From contig JBIKWF010000003.1 of NCBI GenBank assembly GCA_044356455.1, forward strand, positions 32,001 to 96,000: DNA of 64,000 nucleotides, in the 5' to 3' direction. Shown piece after piece: positions 50,099 to 61,645 of the stretch. Each line of letters starts with the position of its first letter. Position 1 is the first letter of the stretch. The position numbers were made by a program, and so were the translations under genes. The stretch is from Bdellovibrionota bacterium (GTDB lineage Bacteria > Bdellovibrionota_C > UBA2361 > JBGSMV01). The notes below the pieces were generated by a model. It was not told the origin of the DNA. It searched no databases and saw nothing but the letters and a program-made list of their open reading frames with translations.

Positions 50099-51028
50099 TT
50101 GGACACAATCCGTAGTTGGGCTGTCCCGCCGCCACCACAGCATGTAGTGATAGAGTTTTTCGCTATGCTAAACGGTTCCAATCCTCATCGCACGAGTGGG
50201 TCTCCAGGGCAGCGCCCCAGCGGGAAGGAGATTCTTTCTTCCTTGCAACAGTCGCCCCTTGGCCAGCAACTAGTACTCGCGAGTTCTCTGACGACCCCCT
50301 CTCGAGCGATTCATGCTCCTGCAGAGTTATTGTCGGAAAAGAAGCAGCGTCCAATGACTCGGTCATCGGCCCGCATTGTTGACTCAGCGTCCTTCCCCCG
50401 CTTCCTCAATTCAGATTGCGCCGCAGGGATTGTTGTTGAGTTTGGTGGCATGACGCGCCTCTATCCCTTCTTAAGAAAAGTTATCGAGGATCGAGGCGAG
50501 TACCTTCCCCCAATCGCATCTCTCCTTACCGACAGCTTTCTCCCAGGAGCAAAGCGGTGGCAGCCGCGCTGCGAGGCTCGCAAGGGACTTCACTGTTCGA
50601 TGCGTGGTTTGATTCTTCAGCGCGCGAGCGAATCTGAAAGCCATGCACATGAGCCGCTGCTCCCTAAGGCCCCCCCACCCCATCGCCACTGCCCCTTGGC
50701 CATGTCCTCCCAGTATGCGCAACTCCTTACGAGCCTCGGGGAAGAGGCGCTCAGAGTTGTCTCAGAGGATGAGCACCTTGTCTTTGACAGCTTAGGCGGA
50801 ATCTCTAGTGTTGTGGTGGCATTTCTTCTTTCCAGCTCTCCGCGTCTTCTTTCCAGCTCTCCGCGCGATGATTTTTTAAATATACATTTTTCCGAAACGC
50901 TTCGTCGTGCGGGTTTTCAGCTCAGTACCCCAGCTCTACATGTGGCAGAAACGGGATGCCGCGAGGGGGACAGCCCAGCGGAGAACCTACCTTGGGAGAT
51001 ACGCCGGATAATTGGCTATCGCAGGTAA
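50099..51028 (+). CDS. Hypothetical protein (start uncertain)
   Basis: 309-aa ORF filling the gap; no recognised motif. Confidence 0.4.
   Translation: MDTIRSWAVPPPPQHVVIEFFAMLNGSNPHRTSGSPGQRPSGKEILSSLQQSPLGQQLVLASSLTTPSRAIHAPAELLSEKKQRPMTRSSARIVDSASFPRFLNSDCAAGIVVEFGGMTRLYPFLRKVIEDRGEYLPPIASLLTDSFLPGAKRWQPRCEARKGLHCSMRGLILQRASESESHAHEPLLPKAPPPHRHCPLAMSSQYAQLLTSLGEEALRVVSEDEHLVFDSLGGISSVVVAFLLSSSPRLLSSSPRDDFLNIHFSETLRRAGFQLSTPALHVAETGCREGDSPAENLPWEIRRIIGYRR
50824..50865. repeat. 21-bp perfect in-frame tandem duplication
   Basis: TCTTCTTTCCAGCTCTCCGCG x2 (LLSSSPR x2). Confidence 0.9.
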
Positions 51029-51348
51029 CTACAGCGTACTGCTGGATTCAATTGGACCATCGAAGGAACTTATAGCCCGGAAGGAAAGGTGGAAATTTCG
51101 ATTGATGGCCCTATGACACTTGGGATCGTGCTCAAGGGGTCTGTAGTAGGCCCGCCTCATCGCGGCAATTGATTTGGACAGATAACTAATCGAGAAATCT
51201 TTGTTCCCGCCCTATCCTCCGCGGCGACAAATTGATGACCAAACTCACCGATGAGGTACGCAGCGATCGCCTAACGATGGAGGCCATGCAGAGGTTGATT
51301 AGGATTGGACTCGAAGGATCCCGTGAGCAATTAAGGCAACGGCAGCGA

Positions 51349-51558
51349 TTAGGCTTTGCGGCGCGTTTTGCGCGAGCGAAGTTGCCTTTTGTTATGTGCC
51401 GCTACGCGCATAACGGTTCGAAGCGCTTCGTTGACAGCCTCTGAGCTGGTAAAAATGGAGGCGATCTCGGGGTCTAAAACCACAACGTTCGAACCTGATC
51501 GGTATCGCTTGAGGTACTTGCCTCTAACTCCATCCGAAAAATCATATTCCTGCTTCAT
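51349..51558 (-). CDS. brnA: BrnA-like antitoxin
   Basis: MKQEYDFSDGVRGKY..VVLDPEIASIF.SSEAVNEALR; directly downstream of brnT. Confidence 0.8.
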   Translation of the reverse strand: MKQEYDFSDGVRGKYLKRYRSGSNVVVLDPEIASIFTSSEAVNEALRTVMRVAAHNKRQLRSRKTRRKA

Positions 51559-51562
51559 AGCG

Positions 51563-51838
51563 TTATCCTTGATACTGTCGCCTCTCTGCGCGACTAGCTG
51601 GTCGGGCACTTATAATACGTATCCTATCATTTCTGTCCGTATGTACCACCACCACTACTAGTGCTCCTGACTCAGCACGGCCCATCGTGACAAAGCGAAT
51701 TTCTTCGCTGGGCTTCGGTGACGTAATAGTTATTGCTCTGGGATCGCCAAAGATAGTCGTCGCTTCTTCAAAGGTAATGCCGTGCTTTCTAAAATTGGCG
51801 CGCGCTTTGGCAGCGTCCCATTCAAATATCAGCTTCAT
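51563..51838 (-). CDS. brnT: BrnT family toxin
   Basis: FEWDAAKARANFRKHGITFEEA, VVVHT, IRIISARPA. Confidence 0.93.
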   Translation of the reverse strand: MKLIFEWDAAKARANFRKHGITFEEATTIFGDPRAITITSPKPSEEIRFVTMGRAESGALVVVVVHTDRNDRIRIISARPASRAERRQYQG

Positions 51839-51887
51839 CGAGAATTATAATAGCATGATAAGAAACTTAGAACAGGACCTTAACGCC

Positions 51888-53369
51888 CTAGGAACCTGCC
51901 CCTCTCATATTGAGGCAGTCATTGAGCGCCTCGCGCACGGCTTTAAAATACAAAATCGCCTGCTGACGATCTCCCGCTCGCATAGAGGGCGACATCTCAA
52001 GATAAAGCACTCCGAGCTTTTCCTCGTTCCCGAAAACGCCGGTCACATGCGACACCTGCCCACCATTGAGAAACGCGTCCTCTTGAATAATTGGCGCACT
52101 ATAACTTAGCGCCTCGACCACTGGATGCGGGGCACGCCCGGAATCACCGCAGCTAAGTGGTCGATAGCGGTCGATTGGACCATCCCCAATTCGCAGCATG
52201 GGCACCGCTTGGAGTTTCTTCTGATCCACAAGATAGACGCAGCCCCTTAGGAATCCGACATTCGGGATCACATGCTCGACGAGTTCTTTGATGGCAGTAG
52301 GAGAAGGTTGTCCAGGTACAATGTGCCGATAGAGGTTGCGAAACTGCTCTGCGAAGAAGGTCGGGCATTTGGCCGCGTAGCCATTGCCCTCAAAGAGTCT
52401 CTCGCTAATGTTTCCTACTGCAACTTTCAGGGCGTTCTCTGGATTAAGATCCAGCTTGAGCGCCGCAGGAACCAGCGAAAGATATCCGGAGCCCTGTTGC
52501 TCGACGCGAGCTTGTATAAGTTGCAGCCCGCTGGGCCCTAAATACTTTTCGATATCGCGAGAAACTCTACTCCAACGTGATATTGCTTTCGGAAAATATT
52601 CTGGATCGTGCATTTTTGCGAGAACCTCGCCTGCCTCACAGAACTCTCTGAACTTCTCCGCCTGTTGCGTGATGTCGGGATCGGAGCCCAAGCCCCCAAG
52701 AAAGTCTTCAACTCCAAGCACTGCCTGCGTATCCGCGTGATGGCACCAATCAAGCGAAGAGCGAACTCCAAGCTCAAGAGGAGAGTATCCAAGTGTTTTG
52801 AATAATAGCTCTTCAAGTTCACCTTCCCCCTTACTCGCTGAAGTAAGAGCCTTTGAGTAAATACGGGGATAATTCCAGGCCACAAGATTAAGACCAAGTT
52901 GACGAACCATCGCCAAGAGGAAGGCCTGATTAGGGTCGAGCTTATAACGTTCGGCCAAAAGCTCCGCCGTTGAAGAACTCACCACAGAATGCCTGATGCG
53001 CATGAGCTGTGCTTTTTGAGTGGGATCGATAGAATGGAGCCCGAGAGCGCCGTCAGCGGATCGGACAATTTCGTCGAGCTTCTCCGGTTCAAGGGAGCCT
53101 AGAATCTCCGCGGGGGAACGATGCTTGACTGGCCCATCTATAACACTGCCCACTTTCTTCAGGCAGAAAGTGAACAAAGAAAGATCTTTTTTCAAATCAG
53201 AAAAGAGCAGGTTTACCTTTCCCGCGTAACTGCCCTCGCGCGCTCGAGTACGCACAAGGCTTATCACTGACGAGTTTGCAGGGAACCAGCCCTTGCCAAC
53301 ATGGGCGATGGCCTCAGATATTCCGCGCCGGCCACCGTTTTCTCGAATCAGAATTCTCCCTCCGTCCAT
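51888..53369 (-). CDS. Degenerate HDOD-domain protein with GAF-like C-terminus
   Basis: LKKDLSLF, RHSVVSS.TAELLA...AFLLAMVRQLG (HD absent), E....LGYS..ELG; C-terminal GCVYLVD...LGVLYLE. Confidence 0.7.
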   Translation of the reverse strand: MDGGRILIRENGGRRGISEAIAHVGKGWFPANSSVISLVRTRAREGSYAGKVNLLFSDLKKDLSLFTFCLKKVGSVIDGPVKHRSPAEILGSLEPEKLDEIVRSADGALGLHSIDPTQKAQLMRIRHSVVSSSTAELLAERYKLDPNQAFLLAMVRQLGLNLVAWNYPRIYSKALTSASKGEGELEELLFKTLGYSPLELGVRSSLDWCHHADTQAVLGVEDFLGGLGSDPDITQQAEKFREFCEAGEVLAKMHDPEYFPKAISRWSRVSRDIEKYLGPSGLQLIQARVEQQGSGYLSLVPAALKLDLNPENALKVAVGNISERLFEGNGYAAKCPTFFAEQFRNLYRHIVPGQPSPTAIKELVEHVIPNVGFLRGCVYLVDQKKLQAVPMLRIGDGPIDRYRPLSCGDSGRAPHPVVEALSYSAPIIQEDAFLNGGQVSHVTGVFGNEEKLGVLYLEMSPSMRAGDRQQAILYFKAVREALNDCLNMRGAGS

Positions 53370-53370
53370 G

Positions 53371-54045
53371 CTATGCTCCCGCTCCCTTTGCCGCTGAGTC
53401 TTTAGCCGTCGCCTTAACCATTACCTTTCCGTCCTTTACCACGACCTTAAAGGTAAGTTTTTTGTCCTTATGCTTTTCTTTAAAATCGCGTGCGCGCTTG
53501 AGCAGTGATTCTCTAAAAGCGCCGAAATCTATCTCGGCATGGGTACTTCCCTGTTTATTAAGGGCCGTACGATAGGCATCAAACAAGTTTCGCATGCCCT
53601 TTTCCGCAGCACCCTCAGCGGTATTCGAGAATGCTTCTTCAACAGCTAATCGTTCGCGTAAATTGGCCTTGAAGATATCTTTCGAATACGTTCCTTCTTC
53701 CCGCTGCTTTAAGATGCGTTGCCAATAGGTGTTCAAAGTGCTGTAGCGAACTTCAAGCGCCTTCAAGCGATAATTGAGGGCCGAACTTTTGAAGGGTGCT
53801 TTTCGAATCTGGCGAATTTTCGCCTTAACTTCTGCATGCGGTTTTTCGGGAGCCAGGGGCATGAGGCCCGAGAAATACTGCTCGTATAGGACTTTAAGTT
53901 CAGAGATCATGCTGTCCAGACGTTCGAGCTCCGCTCGTAAATCAAGGCGCTCAAAGGGCGAGGGGGTACCGGGGTTCTTCGTAGAACCCTTGGCCTGTCC
54001 TTTGCTGCCAGGACGACCTCTCTGTTGATCTTCGCCGCTAACCAT
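53371..54045 (-). CDS. MXAN_5187 C-terminal-like domain protein
   Basis: LKVLYEQYFSG, YW.RIL.QREEGT, FKVVVKDGKVMVKA. Confidence 0.75.
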   Translation of the reverse strand: MVSGEDQQRGRPGSKGQAKGSTKNPGTPSPFERLDLRAELERLDSMISELKVLYEQYFSGLMPLAPEKPHAEVKAKIRQIRKAPFKSSALNYRLKALEVRYSTLNTYWQRILKQREEGTYSKDIFKANLRERLAVEEAFSNTAEGAAEKGMRNLFDAYRTALNKQGSTHAEIDFGAFRESLLKRARDFKEKHKDKKLTFKVVVKDGKVMVKATAKDSAAKGAGA

Positions 54046-54208
54046 ATGAAATTACTAGCCTATCTGCGATCTGCGCGAGCAGATTGCAAGCTGCCCTATT
54101 CCGTCTCATTTCCTCGCTGCAAGCAGAGGAAGACTTAACCCCTATGGTGTATCGTGCGTTCTGCGTACAGAGTTAAGGGCTTTAGGTAATCTTCTTGGTA
54201 CTGAACTC

Positions 54209-55624
54209 ATGGAAAAGATTGCGGTTGTTATCCTTGCGGCAGGTCTTGGTAAGCGCCTTGGCGGTGAATTACCCAAGGTATTACATGAAACTTCGGAGCG
54301 TCCCCTCCTCGCACACGTGGTCGATTCTATTTTGCCACTGAACCCAGATCGCATCGCGGTCGTCACAGGCTATAGACGAGAGCTTGTCGAGGATGCGCTC
54401 GCAAAACGCTATCCACATGCGCCTATAAAATTTGCGTACCAAGCTGAGCAACGTGGGACCGGACACGCGGTTAAGATGGCAGCCCCGTTGTTCTCTGATT
54501 TCGTTGGTACCATTGTCATTCTCTATGGAGATGCCCCCTTACTTCGCACCGAGTCCATTCAACATCTACTGAGGCTCCACCAGGAATCAAAGGCGACTGC
54601 ATCTTTAGTTACGGCCTTGCTCCCCGATCCCGCTTCCTACGGGAGAATTCTACGTGATCCAAAAACAAATCAGGTGACGAGCATTCGAGAAGCCAAGGAC
54701 TGCTCGGCTGAAGAGCTACTTATTAAGGAAATATGTCAGGGTTCTTACGCTGTCGATTCTGCCTTTCTCTGGCCCGCGGTCGAGGGACTGAAAGACAATA
54801 ATGCACAAAAAGAATTCTATCTCACTGACGTCGTTACCAAGGCTGCAAGCGAGGGCCAAAGAGTTGCAAGTTATCCCGTACCTCAGATAGCGGAAGCTCT
54901 TGGTGTCAATGATCGCTATGACATGCAGCTCGTGAATCAAGAACTGAACGCACGAAGAGTTCGGGCCTTGATGCGCGCGGGAGTTGTTGTGCAGGACCCC
55001 CTTTCAACTTTTATTGACGCCTCTGTTTCAATTGCTCCCGGTGTCATTCTAGGACCAAACGTACAAATTCGAGGCGCCTGTACCCTAGAGGCCGGTGTCG
55101 TGATTGATGGCACTGCCACTATTACTAATTGCAAGATACATGACGGCGCGCATGTAAAGCTTGGCGTAGTGGCGGAAGACGCCACCCTTGGAGCTGGCTC
55201 CTCCGTGGGTCCCTTTGCGCATATTCGCCCAGGAAGCGACCTTGGGCCTGAGGTAAAGATTGGCAATTTTGTCGAGACAAAGAAGGCGGTCCTCAAGAAA
55301 GGGGTGAAAGCCTCTCATCTCACTTACTTAGGAGACTGCGTCATCGATGAGGAAACGAACATTGGCGCGGGAACGATCACTTGTAACTACGATGGCTATC
55401 AAAAGTATCAGACCACGATTGGAAAAGGCGTCTTTATTGGCAGCAACTCCTCTCTTGTTGCGCCTGTCACTATCGAGGACGGGGCTACCGTAGGGGCTGG
55501 CTCAGTCATAACTGAGCGCGTTGAGAAGGATGCGCTTGCCGTAACCAGAGCCCCACAGCTTTCAAAGGCTGGTTGGAGCCAGCGTAAGCGTGAAATTATG
55601 ACCAAGAAAAAGAGCCGGCCTTAG
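54209..55624 (+). CDS. glmU: Bifunctional UDP-GlcNAc pyrophosphorylase / GlcN-1-P acetyltransferase
   Basis: ILAAGLGKR, PKVLH, QRGTGHA, YGRI, EFYLTD, GNFVETKK, HLTYLGD, CNYDG. Confidence 0.97.
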   Translation: MEKIAVVILAAGLGKRLGGELPKVLHETSERPLLAHVVDSILPLNPDRIAVVTGYRRELVEDALAKRYPHAPIKFAYQAEQRGTGHAVKMAAPLFSDFVGTIVILYGDAPLLRTESIQHLLRLHQESKATASLVTALLPDPASYGRILRDPKTNQVTSIREAKDCSAEELLIKEICQGSYAVDSAFLWPAVEGLKDNNAQKEFYLTDVVTKAASEGQRVASYPVPQIAEALGVNDRYDMQLVNQELNARRVRALMRAGVVVQDPLSTFIDASVSIAPGVILGPNVQIRGACTLEAGVVIDGTATITNCKIHDGAHVKLGVVAEDATLGAGSSVGPFAHIRPGSDLGPEVKIGNFVETKKAVLKKGVKASHLTYLGDCVIDEETNIGAGTITCNYDGYQKYQTTIGKGVFIGSNSSLVAPVTIEDGATVGAGSVITERVEKDALAVTRAPQLSKAGWSQRKREIMTKKKSRP

Positions 55625-55630
55625 CACTCT

Positions 55631-56635
55631 GTGCTGCTTATGATTTCACGCTCCCCACATGGCCTTGCCGTTGCGACTGTCCTCATTTGGTCATTTGGCG
55701 CAGCGTCCGCGAAGCTGATTTCAAGCCATTCAGGCTTCTCTCTCTTTGCCCTGTCGATGCTGGTGACGTATGTGGCTTTTCAAGTAAGCCACCGTATTGG
55801 CTCCGGCACTTGGATCTCGATTTCGCCCCGCGAACTCTTTTCCAAATTGGGGTTCGCTTCTCTATTCGGCTATGGAGTGTACTGGCTTTGCTATGCCCAA
55901 AGCTTCCGCTCCTCGAATGAAACGGTTCTCCCTGCAACGCTTAATTATACATGGCCACTCTTTACCACCCTTTTTACGGAAGCATTCTTCCGAACAAGAA
56001 GGACCAGCCCACTGAATCGACTGGTGAGTATCGTAGGGTTGCTTATTGGCCTACTTGGGGTGCTGATCGTGATCTCCAAAGGGAATGTGCAGTCTCTTGG
56101 AGATGTCCCCTGGTCAACGGTGGCGTGGGGAATTGGAGCGGGCGCCTCTTATGGATTTTTCGGCGCATTCAGCTCCTCAGTTCCCAGTGGCAAGCAGCTT
56201 TATTTTCTTACCCTTGCCTCTCTCTCTGGATTTCTATTTCTTGCACCTCTGGCGACTTATGAAATCTTGCATGCGCCTCTGCCCTCATTTCAGATCGTAC
56301 TGGTCACCATTGCGCTTTCTCTGCTCATGGAAGGCCTCGGCTACTATACGTGGACAAGGGCCAATCGGCTTGCTCAAGTGCAGCAGCTTAACCCAGCGGC
56401 AATTGCATCGATTATGTATGTGCTTCCCTTTCTCTCGGCCCTCATTATCTCCGTGCTGTATTCTGACGCGAGCGGACTTACTCTCTCGCTCGCGGTAGGT
56501 TTGGTGCTTATCGTTTTGAGTTCGGCACTTTGTCAGCATGCTGACTTTCTCTCTGCACGGCTTATGGGCGCTAAAACGAGTGTGCCCGCGGCAAAGACAA
56601 CCACAGATAAGCTCTTCGACTCGCTTAAGAATTGA
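55631..56635 (+). CDS. EamA/DMT family transporter
   Basis: 10 TM segments; LNYTWPLF; IASIMYVLPFLS. Confidence 0.85.
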   Translation: MLLMISRSPHGLAVATVLIWSFGAASAKLISSHSGFSLFALSMLVTYVAFQVSHRIGSGTWISISPRELFSKLGFASLFGYGVYWLCYAQSFRSSNETVLPATLNYTWPLFTTLFTEAFFRTRRTSPLNRLVSIVGLLIGLLGVLIVISKGNVQSLGDVPWSTVAWGIGAGASYGFFGAFSSSVPSGKQLYFLTLASLSGFLFLAPLATYEILHAPLPSFQIVLVTIALSLLMEGLGYYTWTRANRLAQVQQLNPAAIASIMYVLPFLSALIISVLYSDASGLTLSLAVGLVLIVLSSALCQHADFLSARLMGAKTSVPAAKTTTDKLFDSLKN

Positions 56636-56766
56636 ATCATTTTCTCGCTCGCAAAATGCATCAATTCGCTTAACTGCAAGGGGCGTGCTATAACCCCCAG
56701 CAAAGTCCAACTATGTTTTAGAGCTAGGAATTCCTTGGCTCGCATGTCGGCGAACTGGAGTTCCTA

Positions 56767-58479
56767 ATGTTATTTCAAGACTTCGGGCTTGATGCCCGCG
56801 TGTATGCTGGTATCCCGAAAGAGTATACTGAGCCTACGCCCATTCAACGCGATGCAATTCCCTCTGTAATTCAAGGCAAAGACGTTCTTGGCCTTGCTCA
56901 AACGGGAACCGGAAAAACAGCCGCGTTTGTACTTCCCATTCTCCATAGAATTGTGAACGGACCTCGCGGAGTGGTCCGCGCGCTTATCATCGCTCCCACT
57001 CGTGAGCTCGTAGAGCAGATTAATCAGTGCGTCCAAGAATACGGCTCTCAAACTGGCCTTAGCAGCTGCACCATTTACGGCGGCGTCAATATGCAGGGTC
57101 AGGTCAAACGCCTCCAGCGGGGTGTTGATATTGTCGTTGCGTGCCCTGGCAGACTTCTTGACCACATGGCTCGCCACACCGTTGATTTTAAGGCGCTTGA
57201 GGTGCTTGTCCTTGATGAAGCGGATCAAATGTTCGACATGGGATTTCTTCCTGACCTGAGAAGGATCATGAAGAAGCTTCCGCTCGAGCGTCAGAATCTG
57301 CTCTTCTCAGCAACGATGCCTAAGGAGATTCGGCACCTTACTACTGAAATCTTGCGTAATCCCGTAACGATTCAAGCAAAGCACGAGGAAGCTCTCACCA
57401 CTATCTCGCATGCCTTGTACCCCATCGATCAGAATCGCAAGGTAGACTTGGTCCTTGAGATCCTCAAAGGTCTCGACATGCAGTCAGTGCTTATCTTCAC
57501 CCGCACCAAGCACCGCGCGAAGCGTCTTGGCGTGACACTTGAGCGCGCTGGTTACAAAACGGCCTCGCTGCAAGGGAATCTTTCACAGGGCCGCCGAACA
57601 GAAGCCATGCAGGGATTTCGCGATGGTACTTTCCAGGTGCTTGTTGCCACGGACATCGCGGCACGCGGTATTGACGTGCAGAGTGTTTCTCACGTCATAA
57701 ACTTCGACATACCAGATACTGTTGCTGCGTATACCCATCGCATCGGCCGTACCGGACGTGCGGCGCGAACGGGAGATGCGTTTACCTTTGTGAGTCGCGA
57801 AGACGAGCCTATGGTGCGTGATATTGAACGCACTCTCGGCACGAAGATTGAGCGCCGCAAGGTTGCGCTCCCCGCTCAGCAGCACAAGATGGTTGAAGTT
57901 GCTCGCGGCCCCGCTCGCGGCGAACAAGGTGGCGAAAGACGTTCGTACGGCAATCGCCCCTCATCCCGCCCCTCATCCAACGGCAGTTCATACGGCGGAC
58001 GTTCCTACGGAGGAGGAAGTTCCTACGCTGGCCGCTCGCAGTCGGATCGCCCCTACGCTGGTCGTAGCTCAAGCGCCTCTGACAACGCGGAGAGCAGCGG
58101 TGAGGCAAGAGGAAACAGCGAAAGTCGTTCTGAATATCGTCCGCAAGGCCGATTTGAAAATGGCGACGCGACCCGAGGTAGGCCGGCCCACCGCAGTGGT
58201 GGCAGCTCCTATCAGCCACGCGCTGGGCAAAGTGGCTCTGGCTCGTATGGATCTCGCGACGGAGATTCGCGCCGGGGAGCAGGAACTGGTTCAAGCGATA
58301 GGTTCCAGGGCGGATCTTCAAGAGACGGTCACAGACCCGCGGGCTCTAGTAATTACCGCGGGCAAAGGACGCAAGGAACCCGAAGTCAGGGACAGTCTCC
58401 TCAAGGACAGAGATCTCAGCACAGCGGCGGTAGTTCATCCTACCGTTCTGAGAGATCCTCCGGGCGCTCTTCAAGATAG
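56767..58479 (+). CDS. rhlE: DEAD-box RNA helicase (RhlE-like) with Gly/Ser/Arg-rich tail
   Basis: PTPIQ, AQTGTGKT, PTREL, DEAD, SAT, ARGID, HRIGRTGR. Confidence 0.92.
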   Translation: MLFQDFGLDARVYAGIPKEYTEPTPIQRDAIPSVIQGKDVLGLAQTGTGKTAAFVLPILHRIVNGPRGVVRALIIAPTRELVEQINQCVQEYGSQTGLSSCTIYGGVNMQGQVKRLQRGVDIVVACPGRLLDHMARHTVDFKALEVLVLDEADQMFDMGFLPDLRRIMKKLPLERQNLLFSATMPKEIRHLTTEILRNPVTIQAKHEEALTTISHALYPIDQNRKVDLVLEILKGLDMQSVLIFTRTKHRAKRLGVTLERAGYKTASLQGNLSQGRRTEAMQGFRDGTFQVLVATDIAARGIDVQSVSHVINFDIPDTVAAYTHRIGRTGRAARTGDAFTFVSREDEPMVRDIERTLGTKIERRKVALPAQQHKMVEVARGPARGEQGGERRSYGNRPSSRPSSNGSSYGGRSYGGGSSYAGRSQSDRPYAGRSSSASDNAESSGEARGNSESRSEYRPQGRFENGDATRGRPAHRSGGSSYQPRAGQSGSGSYGSRDGDSRRGAGTGSSDRFQGGSSRDGHRPAGSSNYRGQRTQGTRSQGQSPQGQRSQHSGGSSSYRSERSSGRSSR

Positions 58480-58498
58480 AGACTTGTAATACTGCTCT

Positions 58499-58544
58499 AG
58501 AAAACGCCCTTCCGGTACTTTGTACCGGGAGGGCGTTTTTCTTT
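58499..58544. terminator. Rho-independent terminator, probably bidirectional
   Basis: AAAACGCCCTTCCGGTAC-TTT-GTACCGGGAGGGCGTTTTTCTTT. Confidence 0.85.
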
Positions 58545-58591
58545 AATGGTAATGCGCTTGAGGAAAAAGCGATTGACGACAATGCCAATAG

Positions 58592-58615
58592 AAAAACCCG
58601 CTTCGAAGGCGGGTT
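58592..58615 (-). terminator. Rho-independent terminator for the minus-strand transcript
   Basis: Minus strand AACCCGC-CTTCGAA-GCGGGTTTTT. Confidence 0.7.
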
Positions 58616-58665
58616 ACAATAATCGATAAAGTCGCCTCTCCTAAAAAAGGAGGGCGAGCATCAGC

Positions 58666-58800
58666 TTACTTAGCAAGAAGCTTAGAAAGCTTATCTTCCG
58701 TGACCTTTTGCTCACGGCGCATCTTCAACTGACGCTTCTTCAAATTCTTGGCGTCGCGGTGATTTCTTCTATTCCAGGTAACTTTTGTAGGTGATGCCAT
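58666..58800 (-). CDS. Small basic protein (44 aa)
   Basis: MASPTKVTWNRRNHRDAKNLKKRQLKMRREQKVTEDKLSKLLAK; purine-rich GAAGAGAAG upstream; hairpins downstream. Confidence 0.6.
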   Translation of the reverse strand: MASPTKVTWNRRNHRDAKNLKKRQLKMRREQKVTEDKLSKLLAK

Positions 58801-58945
58801 AACAATCTTCTCTTCAAAAAACTTTCCGCGGGAGCTACTTCCAATGCAGCTGCCTCTAATGCCCTCAAGGCACTGCCTCAAAAAGCCAGCACCGTCAAAG
58901 CTGCGGTCCCAGAACTTGAGGCCCCAGAGGGTTACTGATTTTTCG

Positions 58946-61546
<2,601 letters not shown>

Positions 61547-61604
61547 TTACGGGCTCGGCGCCTGATGGCGTTATAGAAGCCCCAAAATGTATAAAATCAG
61601 TAGT

Positions 61605-61634
61605 AGTATAGGCTTCTTAATCTATTTCCGTAAA
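61605..61634 (-). promoter_or_regulatory. Possible gyrB promoter
   Basis: Minus strand TTTACG, 18-nt spacer, TATACT in the recF-gyrB gap. Confidence 0.4.
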
Positions 61635-61645
61635 GCCTGAATCGG

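Noticed and set aside
54209..55624. glmU as part of the bacillithiol cluster (UDP-GlcNAc supply)
   Set aside because: It is 20 kb away and an essential housekeeping gene, so the proximity is probably coincidental.
57809..58489. Alternative-frame ORFs (223 aa +, 170 aa -) over the helicase tail
   Set aside because: Expected from the GC-rich low-complexity coding of the RhlE tail; no independent support.
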